Origin: a virus
IMG/VR virus record: IMGVR_UViG_3300029585_000037
Location: 1-64,000 of that record
Length of the DNA: 64,000 nt
Reading direction: 5' to 3' (one strand)
The notes under the pieces are model-generated. The model saw only the letters and a program-made list of their open reading frames with translations. It was not told the DNA's origin and ran no database searches. The position numbers were made by a program, and so were the translations under genes. Shown here piece by piece: positions 9,072 to 19,182 of this stretch; position 1 is the first letter of the stretch; each line of letters begins with the position of its first letter.

Positions 9072-10106
9072 ATGAGCAAGATAAAACCAATAGCAGTATT
9101 CCTTACAGACACACATCTAAAAAAAGATAATCTTGATCTTGTATATGATATATTTAAACAAGCTATAGATTTAGCAGAAGATTTAGGTGTTGATAAAGTA
9201 TATCATGGTGGAGACTTCTTCACTAATCGTATTGCTCAGAATTTACAGACACTACTGACATTTTCAAAAATACTTAAATTGTTCAAAAAACGAGGTATTG
9301 AACTAATTGGTATTCCAGGCAATCATGATAAAACTAATCAAAATAGTGAAGATAGCTATCTTGATATATTTTCTAACTATTCTAATTTTAAAATTGTTAG
9401 AGATATTCATGTAGAAGTTGAAAAGGATGTTTCTATTGGTTTTTTACCATATTTTACGAGTTCTTATTTAGAACGCTTAAAGAAACTTAAAACTCATACT
9501 AAAAGTCTAAAAACTGGTAAAAACATATTGATAACTCATAAGGCTTTTAATGGAGTAAGAAACAATGACGGAACATTAGTAGAAGATGGTGTAAAAGTAA
9601 AAGATGTATCATTCTGGGATACAGTGATGGTAGGACATTATCATGATGCTTCAGAATTAGGTAAGAATATAGTATATACTGGATCAGCTTATCAAGGTAA
9701 TTACGGTGAAAATATAGAAGATAAAGGATTTACAATCATAATGTCAGATGGAACACTTGAATTTGAACCGTCTAAATTTCCAAAGTACATTAAAGTTAAA
9801 CTTGATATATCAGATGATATAGATAATGAAATTGAAATGCATGATGTATCTGAAAATAATGTTAGATTTGTATTTACAGGCGATAAGTCTGACATATCAA
9901 AAGTAGATAGGTCAAAGTTAGATGAATTAGGAATAGATTGTAAGTTTGAATTGAATGATGTAAATGAAGAGATACTGAAAGTAGAGCAAGGTGATTTTTC
10001 AGTAATGACTAAAAAAGTTATAGTAAAACATTTCAATGATTATTGTAAAATACAAGATATTCCTAAGAAGATGAAATCTAAGGGATTAAAAGTATTAATG
10101 AGATGA
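9072..10106 (+). CDS. sbcD: SbcD/Mre11-type nuclease (gp47-like)
   Basis: Calcineurin-like phosphoesterase motifs FLTDTHL, YHGGDFF, GIPGNHD, ITHKAF, VGHYH; Met at 9072 just after the recA-like stop. Confidence 0.8.
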   Translation: MSKIKPIAVFLTDTHLKKDNLDLVYDIFKQAIDLAEDLGVDKVYHGGDFFTNRIAQNLQTLLTFSKILKLFKKRGIELIGIPGNHDKTNQNSEDSYLDIFSNYSNFKIVRDIHVEVEKDVSIGFLPYFTSSYLERLKKLKTHTKSLKTGKNILITHKAFNGVRNNDGTLVEDGVKVKDVSFWDTVMVGHYHDASELGKNIVYTGSAYQGNYGENIEDKGFTIIMSDGTLEFEPSKFPKYIKVKLDISDDIDNEIEMHDVSENNVRFVFTGDKSDISKVDRSKLDELGIDCKFELNDVNEEILKVEQGDFSVMTKKVIVKHFNDYCKIQDIPKKMKSKGLKVLMR

Positions 10107-10486
10107 TAAGAATTTGGAACAAATATTTACTTGTAAACAACAATTATTTCATAAGGATAGACAAAAAAGGTAAATTTACTTTTAAAAAAGTATTTGGTAA
10201 AAAAGTAAGAATTGATGGTGATTTAGATTTATTCTTACACAAAGTAAGAGTAAGAGGCAAGGTATTCTATACAGTTTCTGAAGCTACTTCAGGTTGTAGA
10301 GTTGCTAAATTACATAAAAATCCTAAAAAAGCAATAGATAAGGCTAAACAGATATATGATGATAAGGGTGAAAATCTTATTAAGGTGAAATCTGATAGAA
10401 TGGTCAAACAATCGAGCCTATCACCCAGATTTAGATTTATAGTTAATCCTACAAGACAAAAAAGATGTGGCAACCTAACAAAATAA
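10103..10486 (+). CDS. hypothetical basic protein between sbcD and sbcC
   Basis: 127-aa ORF, ATGA overlap upstream, 22-nt overlap downstream. Confidence 0.5.
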   Translation: MIRIWNKYLLVNNNYFIRIDKKGKFTFKKVFGKKVRIDGDLDLFLHKVRVRGKVFYTVSEATSGCRVAKLHKNPKKAIDKAKQIYDDKGENLIKVKSDRMVKQSSLSPRFRFIVNPTRQKRCGNLTK

Positions 10487-12321
10487 TATTACATAATTTA
10501 ATGACGCATGTAGAAACTGAATATGAGTTTCAGAAAAATCGTTGCGTTATGATTTTCGGTAGAAATCTAACAGATGCTGGTACTGATAGTAATGGTACTG
10601 GAAAATCTACAATACTTGAAGCTATTTCTATTGCTATTACAGGACAGACTAATAGAGAAGTAAAAAAGGATGAATTTATAAATGATAATTCAGATGATTG
10701 TTTTGTTCAATTCGATTTGAATAATAATTTAGGTAATATTAATGAATTATCTATTAGACGTTGGTTTCATCGCAAAAAATCATCTAAGATAGAAATATGG
10801 GAAAATGGAGTTCTGAATGAAGAGATGACTTCAGTCAATGAAGCTAATAAGCGTATTTATGAACTTATAGGACTCACGAAAGAAGATTTACTACATTTTT
10901 TCATTATAGGTCAAGATACAAATTATTCATTCCTTACAGCAGGTGATACTGAGAAAAAAGATATCATATCCAGATTTTCAAACATAGATTTTATCAATGA
11001 TAAAATAGATGAATTAAAGGCTAATAAAAAAGACCTTGAATCAGAGATAGATGAACTTGATAAGGATATACAAAAGCTGGATAATAAGAATGAATTTTTA
11101 GTTGAGCAAAAAGAAGACCTTGAATTAAATTTTGAAAAAGAAAAATCTGAACGTATTAAAAGGCTGAAAAAGAAGATAGCTAAATATAAGACTTCAAAAA
11201 ATAAAGCTGAAAAGGATAAACGAGATAATGAAATTAAGCTCCAAGAAACTAATGATAAAATATCAGAAATTTCTATAAAAGAAACTGAGCAGCTTGAGAA
11301 AGATATCAGAACTACTAAGAAAGATATCAGAACTAAAAAAGACTCATTAAACCAGCTAAAATCAGATGATAAACATTATGATTTAATTTTAGAGGGCATG
11401 ATTATGTGTCCAGATTGTAAACATGAATTCAATCCATCTGAAGATACTCCATTGGAAGACATACCTAAGTTAAAGAAGTCTAACAAAAGTAAAAGAGAAA
11501 AATTACAAAAGCAAATAGATAGCCTTAATGAAAAGCAAAAGGAACTTGAAGATGAATTGGAAAATAATGAAGAACTTGAAGATGAATTATCGAGCCTAAA
11601 AAGAAGTTTGAAGAAAATTGAATTATCATTATCTACTTCAGATGATGAAATAAAAGAATATAATTCAAACATAAAAAGACTTAAAAAGAAAATCAAAAAA
11701 ATACAAAAAGAGACATCTGATAAGCAGATTGAGGATATCAATATAGAAATTGAAACTAATAATGAAATGCTACAAGTTCTTCAAAAGAGCCGAGAAGATT
11801 TTGAAGATGATATCCAGTCAGCTGATTATTGGATATACCATTTTGGTAAAAAGGGTTTTATGACCTATTTAACTAATAAGTCAGTCAAGTCTATTGAAGG
11901 TATTACGAATAGTTATTTGAAGAAAATGAACAGTGACCTTCAAGTCAATATTGATGGATTTACAAAGTTAAAAAATGGAGACATACGTGAGAAAATCAAT
12001 ATTGATATAGTGCGTAATGGAATGGTAGTAGGTAACTATCATAGATATTCTGGAGGTGAGAAAGGTCGTATAAATTTAGCTAATATCTTAGGATTGCAAA
12101 AGTTGATAAATATGACTTGCGATACTGGAGGACTGAATTTATTAGCATTAGATGAGGTTTTTGAAGGATTAGATCAGAGTGGTCAAAAGGATTTATTGAA
12201 TATCCTTGAAAATTTAAAATCCACATCATTAGTTGTTACTCATAGAAATCAATCCATAGGTGCTGAAAATGAATTGTTTATTGAAAAAATTGATGGAATC
12301 AGTATGGTAGTTTCAAAATAA
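10465..12321 (+). CDS. sbcC: SbcC/Rad50-type ATPase (gp46-like)
   Basis: Walker A NGTGKSTILEAISIAITG, long coiled coil with CPDC zinc hook, signature YSGGEKGR, Walker B LLALDEVFEGLD. Confidence 0.85.
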   Translation: MWQPNKIILHNLMTHVETEYEFQKNRCVMIFGRNLTDAGTDSNGTGKSTILEAISIAITGQTNREVKKDEFINDNSDDCFVQFDLNNNLGNINELSIRRWFHRKKSSKIEIWENGVLNEEMTSVNEANKRIYELIGLTKEDLLHFFIIGQDTNYSFLTAGDTEKKDIISRFSNIDFINDKIDELKANKKDLESEIDELDKDIQKLDNKNEFLVEQKEDLELNFEKEKSERIKRLKKKIAKYKTSKNKAEKDKRDNEIKLQETNDKISEISIKETEQLEKDIRTTKKDIRTKKDSLNQLKSDDKHYDLILEGMIMCPDCKHEFNPSEDTPLEDIPKLKKSNKSKREKLQKQIDSLNEKQKELEDELENNEELEDELSSLKRSLKKIELSLSTSDDEIKEYNSNIKRLKKKIKKIQKETSDKQIEDINIEIETNNEMLQVLQKSREDFEDDIQSADYWIYHFGKKGFMTYLTNKSVKSIEGITNSYLKKMNSDLQVNIDGFTKLKNGDIREKINIDIVRNGMVVGNYHRYSGGEKGRINLANILGLQKLINMTCDTGGLNLLALDEVFEGLDQSGQKDLLNILENLKSTSLVVTHRNQSIGAENELFIEKIDGISMVVSK

Positions 12322-12352
12322 TTTCGTTAATTAGCGAATTAAAATCATTACC

Positions 12353-12892
12353 ATGACTAAAGCACAAAAGAAAAAAAGAGATGAAAAATTATTAAGAGCT
12401 AAAAAGATAAAATTATCCAGAAAACCTACTGAATTGAATATTGTTGCTTTTGATCAGGCAACAATTTGTGGTGTAGCATATGAATTAGCTGGCACTGCAC
12501 AACCTAAGACTGAGTTATGGGACTTGAATATAAAGTCTAAAGAAAGTCAAGGAATGAAGTGGATAAGATTTGAAGCGAGATTGAAGAAGTTTTTGAAGAA
12601 ACATTCTATTCAAGTTTTAGCATATGAATTACCAGCTGGCAGAAATATAAACCCAATAATTCATTCATCTAAGTTAATAGCTATAATTGAAAAGTCCTGT
12701 GTAGAATTAGGAATAGAATATATAGAATTTTCAGCGAGTGAAATAAAGAAATTTGCTACAAATAATGGTAATGCTAATAAAGCTAAAATGATAGAATATG
12801 CTAAGACCTTATGGGGATATGATGGTAATGATGATAATGAATCAGATGCGTTGCATATTTTACATTTGTTAAAATCTAAAGTTAATGTATAA
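12353..12892 (+). CDS. ruvC: RuvC-like Holliday junction resolvase
   Basis: VAFDQATICGVAY (first catalytic Asp), YELPAG, C-terminal ESDALHILHLL typical of the RuvC fold. Confidence 0.65.
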   Translation: MTKAQKKKRDEKLLRAKKIKLSRKPTELNIVAFDQATICGVAYELAGTAQPKTELWDLNIKSKESQGMKWIRFEARLKKFLKKHSIQVLAYELPAGRNINPIIHSSKLIAIIEKSCVELGIEYIEFSASEIKKFATNNGNANKAKMIEYAKTLWGYDGNDDNESDALHILHLLKSKVNV

Positions 12893-13221
12893 TGGAAAAT
12901 AACTTCAAATGTCCTAAGACAAATAAAGAGTTCTTCATACCCAGACATATAACAGTCATGTCTTCAGATGGGGCTATTTATAAGGATAAATATGGTAAAG
13001 AACTGATTAATCCAGATAATGGTGAGAAATTAGTACCTATTGAAAAGAATTTTGATTATTCTGAAATGAATTTAATGATAGGTACTGGAAATGATAAGGA
13101 TGGACGTGCTAAAAGAACAGAAATGTTAAAGAAACGTTCAAAAGAACATTTTAAAAAGCACATAAAAGAAGATAAGTATGAGAAAAACAAGAAGTTAGTG
13201 AGAGACTTCAAGAACCAATAA
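12892..13221 (+). CDS. hypothetical protein
   Basis: 109-aa ORF; ATG overlaps the upstream stop (TAATG). Confidence 0.5.
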   Translation: MENNFKCPKTNKEFFIPRHITVMSSDGAIYKDKYGKELINPDNGEKLVPIEKNFDYSEMNLMIGTGNDKDGRAKRTEMLKKRSKEHFKKHIKEDKYEKNKKLVRDFKNQ

Positions 13222-13235
13222 TATCTAACTAAATT

Positions 13236-14018
13236 ATGAAATCAATCTTTGATGTACAAGAAATTGCTTATGATAAAATAGAGGCAAATAAAATTATAAT
13301 CTACATAAAAAAATCTAATCTTGAAAAGCGTAAAAGCGACATCGAGGATTTGAAGGTCAGGATATCCAAACTCAAAACAGTATCTAAAAAAGTTAATGAA
13401 AAAAGACGTATAGAGTATAAAATTAAACTAAAGCAACATCAATCTGAATTAAAGAGATTAAATAGTCAATTTTATTATAGAACAAATAAGTGTGATAAGA
13501 ATAAAATAATACTATTTAAGATGATGCGTAATATAATAGTTAAAAATATTCTAAACTATATTAAAATCACCGAAAACTCACCTGTAACTGATCAATGCAA
13601 TAATAGAATAGAAATGGAAGCTGAAGCATACATTGTTATGGATAAGTGTATTTCTAACTTTAATGTCAATAGTAAAAGTGATTTTTATTACTATTTCAAT
13701 AAGTCCTTAGCCAGAAATTTCTATAGAATGTTCGACAGAGAATATCGTAAAAAAGAAAAATATGATGGTTATAGTTCTGAAAGGAAACATCTGAGAAAAA
13801 CAGAACATGATAAAGGTATAAATTATGATGTAGATTTTCTAATTTCTCAAATGAATTTAGATGAATTACAGATCAGACTTGTGAAATCAAAATTAGCTGG
13901 ACAAAAGAAAGATGATTTTTTAAAAGAGAATGATGATGTAACCTCCAGCCGATATTATTCAACGTTAAAGAGTATAAAGCAAATAATGCTAAAAATGAAA
14001 GAAAATGGAGAATTTTAA
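13236..14018 (+). CDS. possible phage sigma factor (sigma-70/ECF-like regions 2 and 4)
   Basis: EAYIVMDKCISNFNVNSKSDFYYYFNKSLARNFYRMF resembles region 2 (FD....F.tY....ir); C-terminal LDELQIRLVKSKLAGQKKDDF...YYSTLKSIKQIML resembles region 4. Confidence 0.4.
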   Translation: MKSIFDVQEIAYDKIEANKIIIYIKKSNLEKRKSDIEDLKVRISKLKTVSKKVNEKRRIEYKIKLKQHQSELKRLNSQFYYRTNKCDKNKIILFKMMRNIIVKNILNYIKITENSPVTDQCNNRIEMEAEAYIVMDKCISNFNVNSKSDFYYYFNKSLARNFYRMFDREYRKKEKYDGYSSERKHLRKTEHDKGINYDVDFLISQMNLDELQIRLVKSKLAGQKKDDFLKENDDVTSSRYYSTLKSIKQIMLKMKENGEF

Positions 14019-14331
14019 TTATGTAAATAAAAAGCAAGTTATCTTATTTTTTGTAAAAAATGGATATCCAATATTAGAAGTAGAGATAATACCAGGACAA
14101 TCTGTATTCTTTATAGCTAATCAATTTGAACCGCCAATACAAGGCTCTGTACACAGTGCTCCATATATAAGTGTTACTGGTAAGGATATCACTAAATTTA
14201 TTATGGAAAATACATTCAATCAAGGAAACCCAGTTCAATTTAGAGAAAAATTAGAACAATTTAATCAAGACAATAAGGATATAGAATTCAAATTTTCTGA
14301 TAGACATATCTGGAGACATTATACATCATAA
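14005..14331 (+). CDS. hypothetical protein
   Basis: 108-aa ORF overlapping the upstream gene by 14 nt. Confidence 0.5.
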   Translation: MENFNYVNKKQVILFFVKNGYPILEVEIIPGQSVFFIANQFEPPIQGSVHSAPYISVTGKDITKFIMENTFNQGNPVQFREKLEQFNQDNKDIEFKFSDRHIWRHYTS

Positions 14332-14333
14332 AT

Positions 14334-15809
14334 ATGAAATACTCTAAGTATCAAAAAAAGATATTTAAGGTAGTAAAGAATGATGAATGTAATGTAGTAA
14401 TTTCTGCTGTAGCAGGTAGTGGTAAGACTACTACTATTGAGCATTGCATGAACATTATACCACCTGGAAAATCTACAATATCTTTAGCTTTTAACAATTC
14501 AATAGTAAAAGAATTGAAAGAACGTATAAAGAACAAGAATGTAGAAATAACTACCATGCACAGCTTTTGTTGGAAAAATCTTATGAGACATTATGGATAT
14601 AAGATTAAGTTAAACAAAAACAAGTCTTCAAAATACATAAAACAAATTCTAAAGAATTTTAAAGTGCCTGAAAAGAAACATGCTTATTACATGTTCGCAT
14701 TTTCTAATATGTCCAGCTTAATGAGGCAGAATATTATCTATGATATAGAATTAGTAGAAAGTTTAGCATTGAAATATGATTTTAATTTTGATGTTGTTGA
14801 AATGAAAATGCTACAAATTCTAATGAAGAAGATGGATAATGATAAAAAGGAGTTCGATTTTACAGACATGATTTATAGAGTAATAAAAGATGATGTAAGA
14901 TTGCCTAAATATGACTATATATTTGTAGATGAGTCGCAAGACCTCTCAGCTGCTCAGCAAATGGTTATTTCTAAGATTAAGAAAACAAAAGGTAGAATGA
15001 TAGCTGTAGGCGATCCAGCTCAAGCTATTTATGGTTTTGCTGGAGCTGATAATAATTCATATCATAAGCTAAGAAATTTGTTTGATAATACATTAGAATT
15101 GCCATTATCTGTAAATTATAGGTGTGGAGTTAATATTGTAAAAGAAGCACAAAAAATTAACACTCAAATTGAACCTTATGAATTTGCTAAACCAGGATTA
15201 GTTAGGGATGGCATAATAAAAGATATAAGGAATGGGGATTGGGTTCTTTGTAGGAATTTAAAGCCTTTAGTACAATTGAATATGTACTTTTTATCATTAC
15301 ATATAAAGTCTTATATAAAAGGTATAGATATTGGGACTAATCTTGCCTTAATGATTAAGCGTACTAATAAGTCATCTGTTGAAGCAGTAGCTAATCAGCT
15401 TGAAAAGAATATAGAGAATGAGAAGATTAAGATGCGTAAAAAGGGTGTAAGAAATCCTGATAATACTGAGAAAATTGATAATATGCTACAGAAGTTAGAT
15501 ATCATCAAATTACTTTCTCAAGACATGCATACTGCAAAACAAGTTATAGATAGAATTTACTCTATATTCAAAGAGCAGGGTGATGGAATTTGCTTATCTA
15601 CTATACATAAATCAAAAGGTTTGGAAAATGATAACATATTCATATTATGCCCAGAATTGATACCGAGTCAATTTGCTACACAACCTTGGCAATTAGAACA
15701 AGAAGATAATCTAATGTATGTAGCTATAACCAGAGCAAAGAAAAAATTGATATACATAAGAAATGACAAATTTAGAGAAGTTCAACAACATTTAAAACAA
15801 ATTTTATGA
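14334..15809 (+). CDS. UvrD/PcrA-type superfamily-1 DNA helicase
   Basis: AVAGSGKTTT (motif I), IFVDESQDLS (II), GDPAQAIYGFAGA (III), VNYRC, STIHKSKGLE, YVAITRAKKKL (VI). Confidence 0.85.
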   Translation: MKYSKYQKKIFKVVKNDECNVVISAVAGSGKTTTIEHCMNIIPPGKSTISLAFNNSIVKELKERIKNKNVEITTMHSFCWKNLMRHYGYKIKLNKNKSSKYIKQILKNFKVPEKKHAYYMFAFSNMSSLMRQNIIYDIELVESLALKYDFNFDVVEMKMLQILMKKMDNDKKEFDFTDMIYRVIKDDVRLPKYDYIFVDESQDLSAAQQMVISKIKKTKGRMIAVGDPAQAIYGFAGADNNSYHKLRNLFDNTLELPLSVNYRCGVNIVKEAQKINTQIEPYEFAKPGLVRDGIIKDIRNGDWVLCRNLKPLVQLNMYFLSLHIKSYIKGIDIGTNLALMIKRTNKSSVEAVANQLEKNIENEKIKMRKKGVRNPDNTEKIDNMLQKLDIIKLLSQDMHTAKQVIDRIYSIFKEQGDGICLSTIHKSKGLENDNIFILCPELIPSQFATQPWQLEQEDNLMYVAITRAKKKLIYIRNDKFREVQQHLKQIL

Positions 15810-16279
15810 TATTAAATGTATGGACTGATGGAAGTTGTAATAATAATTCTAAACATCTAAATTTCGCTAAAGGTGGTTGGGGTTTTTGTATATTAGATAA
15901 GAAAAATAAACTTATACATGAAGACTTAGGATATTACGAGCCTGCAACGTCATCTACTATGGAAATGATGGCTGTAATTAAGTCTTTAGAATATATCATA
16001 GAAAATCTATTAAAGTCAAGAACAGAGGTGTTTATTCACTCAGACAGTGCTTATGTAGTGAACTGTTTTTTAGAAAAATGGTATGTGAGATGGATGGAGA
16101 CAGATTTTTACGGAATTAAGAATGAAGAATTGTGGAGACAGATGATAAGTCTTTATAATACAAAGTTCTTAAAAGTGAAGTTTGTAAAGGTTAAAGGACA
16201 CTCAGGAATAGAATGGAATGAAAGAGCAGATTTTTTAGCTGGAGAAGCAAGAAAATATCTAATAGAAAATGGCGATTGA
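15806..16279 (+). CDS. rnhA: Ribonuclease H (type I)
   Basis: VWTDGSC, TSSTMEMMAVIKSLE, IHSDSAYVVN, VKGHSGIEWNERADFLA give the DEDD catalytic pattern. Confidence 0.85.
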   Translation: MILNVWTDGSCNNNSKHLNFAKGGWGFCILDKKNKLIHEDLGYYEPATSSTMEMMAVIKSLEYIIENLLKSRTEVFIHSDSAYVVNCFLEKWYVRWMETDFYGIKNEELWRQMISLYNTKFLKVKFVKVKGHSGIEWNERADFLAGEARKYLIENGD

Positions 16280-16511
16280 AAATATCATATTTAAACTTGA
16301 CAAAGTATTTTCTAAAGATGAAGTATATTTTGATTTAGGAATATGGAATAGACCAGATGGAGTACAATTGTATAAAATTTGGGTGAGTGATTATGATGTT
16401 TATACATCTAAAAAATTTAAGAAGATAACAGAATTATTGAGAAAAAAGTATCCTAATGTGCGATGGTTTTGTTACTATTGCAGTAAAAACAAAAGTGATG
16501 AAGTGGATTAA
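16269..16511 (+). CDS. hypothetical protein
   Basis: 80-aa ORF overlapping rnhA by 11 nt. Confidence 0.5.
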   Translation: MAIENIIFKLDKVFSKDEVYFDLGIWNRPDGVQLYKIWVSDYDVYTSKKFKKITELLRKKYPNVRWFCYYCSKNKSDEVD

Positions 16512-16917
16512 CTATATTGTGCAATTTTTATTTATTAGAATAGCTAAATTTGAGTTTCAATTACATAAAGATGATACTGTAAGTTTAGAACTATATTTAG
16601 ATAAAACAAATGAGAAGATTAACACCATCACCAGTTGTTATGGTATAGTTGGTTTCATAGTACCATTTAAGTATTTTAATAATTCTAATTCTTGGCATTA
16701 TTTACAGTTTAAATTTGCTATACCTTTTATTAGCAAACAAAAGATAATATTTAAGAAAATAAGAAAAAGACACGAGTTAAAAACAGCTAAAAGAAATTGT
16801 AAAAATTGTTTGTTTTACATTAGTCAGAATAATACTTGTGGTAAAAATAGAACAATTTCTAACTTAAATACATTTCCTTTTGAAAAAGAAATGAAGTGTT
16901 TTGAAAATTTAGATTAA
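16498..16917 (+). CDS. hypothetical protein (start uncertain)
   Basis: ORF open from 16456; Met at 16498 gives a 14-nt overlap; C-terminal CKNC..C cysteine pair. Confidence 0.4.
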   Translation: MKWINYIVQFLFIRIAKFEFQLHKDDTVSLELYLDKTNEKINTITSCYGIVGFIVPFKYFNNSNSWHYLQFKFAIPFISKQKIIFKKIRKRHELKTAKRNCKNCLFYISQNNTCGKNRTISNLNTFPFEKEMKCFENLD

Positions 16918-16918
16918 G

Positions 16919-18187
16919 ATGAAAATAGCAATCATTGGATTAGGTTATGTTGGTTTACCTTTAGCTGTAGAATTAGCTAAGAAACATCAAGTAATAGGTT
17001 ATGATTTAAGTCAATCAAGAGTGGATTCATTGAATGAATTTCAAGATGATACTAATGAGATAGAACTACAACAATTTATAGATGTATCTGAATCAATAGT
17101 ATTTACTACAGATGATGCAAAAATAGAGAATTGTGATACTTATATAATTACAGTGCCTACACCAGTAGATGAGAATAAATATCCAGATTTATCTGCATTA
17201 AGAATTTCAAGTAAATTAGTAGGTATGAGGATGAAAATAGGTAGTCTTGTAGTATATGAATCAACAGTATATCCTACAGCTACAGAAGATGTTTGTATTC
17301 CAATACTTGAGGAGTATTCAGGATTTACCTTAAATGAAGATTTTGGAGTAGGTTACAGTCCTGAACGTATAAACCCATCTGATAAAGTAAATACGCTATT
17401 AACTATAACAAAAGTAGTATCTGGCTCAAATTTATATTGGATGAATTGTACAAAAGAATTATATGAGTCAATAGGAATTACAACATATGGAGTATCTGAA
17501 TTAAAGATAGCTGAAGCATCTAAAATAGTAGAGAATATACAAAGAGATGTTAATATAGGCTTAATGAACGAATTGTCTGTGATATTTGACCGTATGGATA
17601 TAGATACTGAAGAAGTATTACAAGCAGCAGGAACAAAGTGGAATTTTCTTAATTTTAGACCAGGATTAGTAGGTGGACATTGTATAGGTGTTGATCCATA
17701 TTATCTTCTGAGAAAATCAGAAGAGTTAGGATATAGTCCAGGCATAATAAGACACGCCAGAATTACCAACGAAAATATGGCTAATTTCGTACTTAAAAAA
17801 GCATTAAGGAGATACCGAGAATTATATCCAGATAAAAAGCCTAACATATTATTAATGGGTATTACTTTCAAAGAAAATTGTCCTGATCTTAGAAATAGTA
17901 AGGTATTTGATATGATGAGGATTTTAGATGATTTTCATTATGATTATGATTTACATGACTCACAGTATGGTTCTAAATTCTTAGATAAAAGATTTGTTGA
18001 TTCAAGCACTTCTGTAGGAATATCTAAAAAGTATGATTTAGTATTTGTAAATGTTATGCATAATGATTACAAATACTTTGGATATGCTGATATAGTTTCT
18101 GATAATCATCTAATTGTAGATGTTCAAAATAAATTAGATAAGGCTACATTAAAAGAAGAGAAAAATCTGAACATAATTGGCTTATAA
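16919..18187 (+). CDS. Nucleotide-sugar 6-dehydrogenase (UDP-glucose/GDP-mannose dehydrogenase family; TviB/WbpO/Cap5O-like)
   Basis: N-terminal Rossmann MKIAIIGLGYVGLPLAVELA, catalytic GGHCIGVDPYYL, ITFKENCPDLRNSK. Confidence 0.85.
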   Translation: MKIAIIGLGYVGLPLAVELAKKHQVIGYDLSQSRVDSLNEFQDDTNEIELQQFIDVSESIVFTTDDAKIENCDTYIITVPTPVDENKYPDLSALRISSKLVGMRMKIGSLVVYESTVYPTATEDVCIPILEEYSGFTLNEDFGVGYSPERINPSDKVNTLLTITKVVSGSNLYWMNCTKELYESIGITTYGVSELKIAEASKIVENIQRDVNIGLMNELSVIFDRMDIDTEEVLQAAGTKWNFLNFRPGLVGGHCIGVDPYYLLRKSEELGYSPGIIRHARITNENMANFVLKKALRRYRELYPDKKPNILLMGITFKENCPDLRNSKVFDMMRILDDFHYDYDLHDSQYGSKFLDKRFVDSSTSVGISKKYDLVFVNVMHNDYKYFGYADIVSDNHLIVDVQNKLDKATLKEEKNLNIIGL

Positions 18188-18215
18188 CCAACTATTATTA
18201 TGCTAAATACAAAGC

Positions 18216-18449
18216 ATGACAACACAAGAGTTACAAACAATTGAAAGAATAGCGAGTAAAGGCTGTCAAATTTTAATGGATGGTAGAGTTATAATAATAG
18301 ATATGACAGGAGCAGAATTAGTGGAAATACCTTGTCCAGAACAAGGGTTTGATATCACTAAGCTACTAAAAGTAAACATAAGACAAGAAATTGAGGATGA
18401 AGAAAATATCTACATAGATATACTTAAAGAATTATACGAGATAATATGA
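18216..18449 (+). CDS. hypothetical protein
   Basis: 77-aa ORF in the + strand array. Confidence 0.5.
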   Translation: MTTQELQTIERIASKGCQILMDGRVIIIDMTGAELVEIPCPEQGFDITKLLKVNIRQEIEDEENIYIDILKELYEII

Positions 18450-18778
18450 TAACAGCAATCAAAAATTGGTTAGAAAAACATAATTTTAGAAAGCCTAAAT
18501 TACCAGAACAAAAACAGCCGACTGTTAAGGATATTGTAGAAATTTATAACTTTCATCATAATCATGCTACAAATGCCTTAAACCTTATAATGAGTTCTAA
18601 GATGGGTAATCAGTATATGTTCTCATTTATGTCTGTACAAGATCAAATTATAATTATGCGTGATAATCTTTACTTTAAACAGCAAGAGATGATTAAAAAA
18701 GAAAATTATCCACAAGCTGCTAAATTTAGAGATGATATTGTAAGAATGGATGAATTGATAGAGCAATTACAAAGGTAA
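18446..18778 (+). CDS. hypothetical protein
   Basis: 110-aa ORF, ATGA overlap upstream. Confidence 0.5.
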   Translation: MITAIKNWLEKHNFRKPKLPEQKQPTVKDIVEIYNFHHNHATNALNLIMSSKMGNQYMFSFMSVQDQIIIMRDNLYFKQQEMIKKENYPQAAKFRDDIVRMDELIEQLQR

Positions 18779-19182
18779 TGCTATATCCTGTAAAAATAGA
18801 CAAAACTGATACCTGCCTAACATATGTTTTAAAACGTAAAGGATTACACTACAAATGTTGCGTTTATGAAACATTAGACAAAATCTTCAATAGAATAGAA
18901 TTCAAAGAAAATACCTTAAAAACTGGAGACATCTTACTCTGGGACTTTAATACTGAATATATAGACATAGTTATAGAAATCACTAAGGATGGTGTACTAA
19001 AAAAGCATCCTGTATCAAAAAGGATACATTTTGCAGTATATGAGGGTGATGGTAAAATATCACATGTAGTTAGAAATACTATGATTAGACCTCTACCAGA
19101 ATTAGTTTTGGAAGACTTGAAAAGAGAGTCAAAGAGAATGCCAGATTCAATATTAAGGTTAAAAATATGGGAAGAGTTTTAG
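18778..19182 (+). CDS. hypothetical protein, possible NlpC/P60-like papain-fold
   Basis: DTCLTYVLKRKG ... GDILLWD ... HFAVYEGDGKISHV loosely follows the Cys...His...His order of NlpC/P60. Confidence 0.3.
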   Translation: MLYPVKIDKTDTCLTYVLKRKGLHYKCCVYETLDKIFNRIEFKENTLKTGDILLWDFNTEYIDIVIEITKDGVLKKHPVSKRIHFAVYEGDGKISHVVRNTMIRPLPELVLEDLKRESKRMPDSILRLKIWEEF

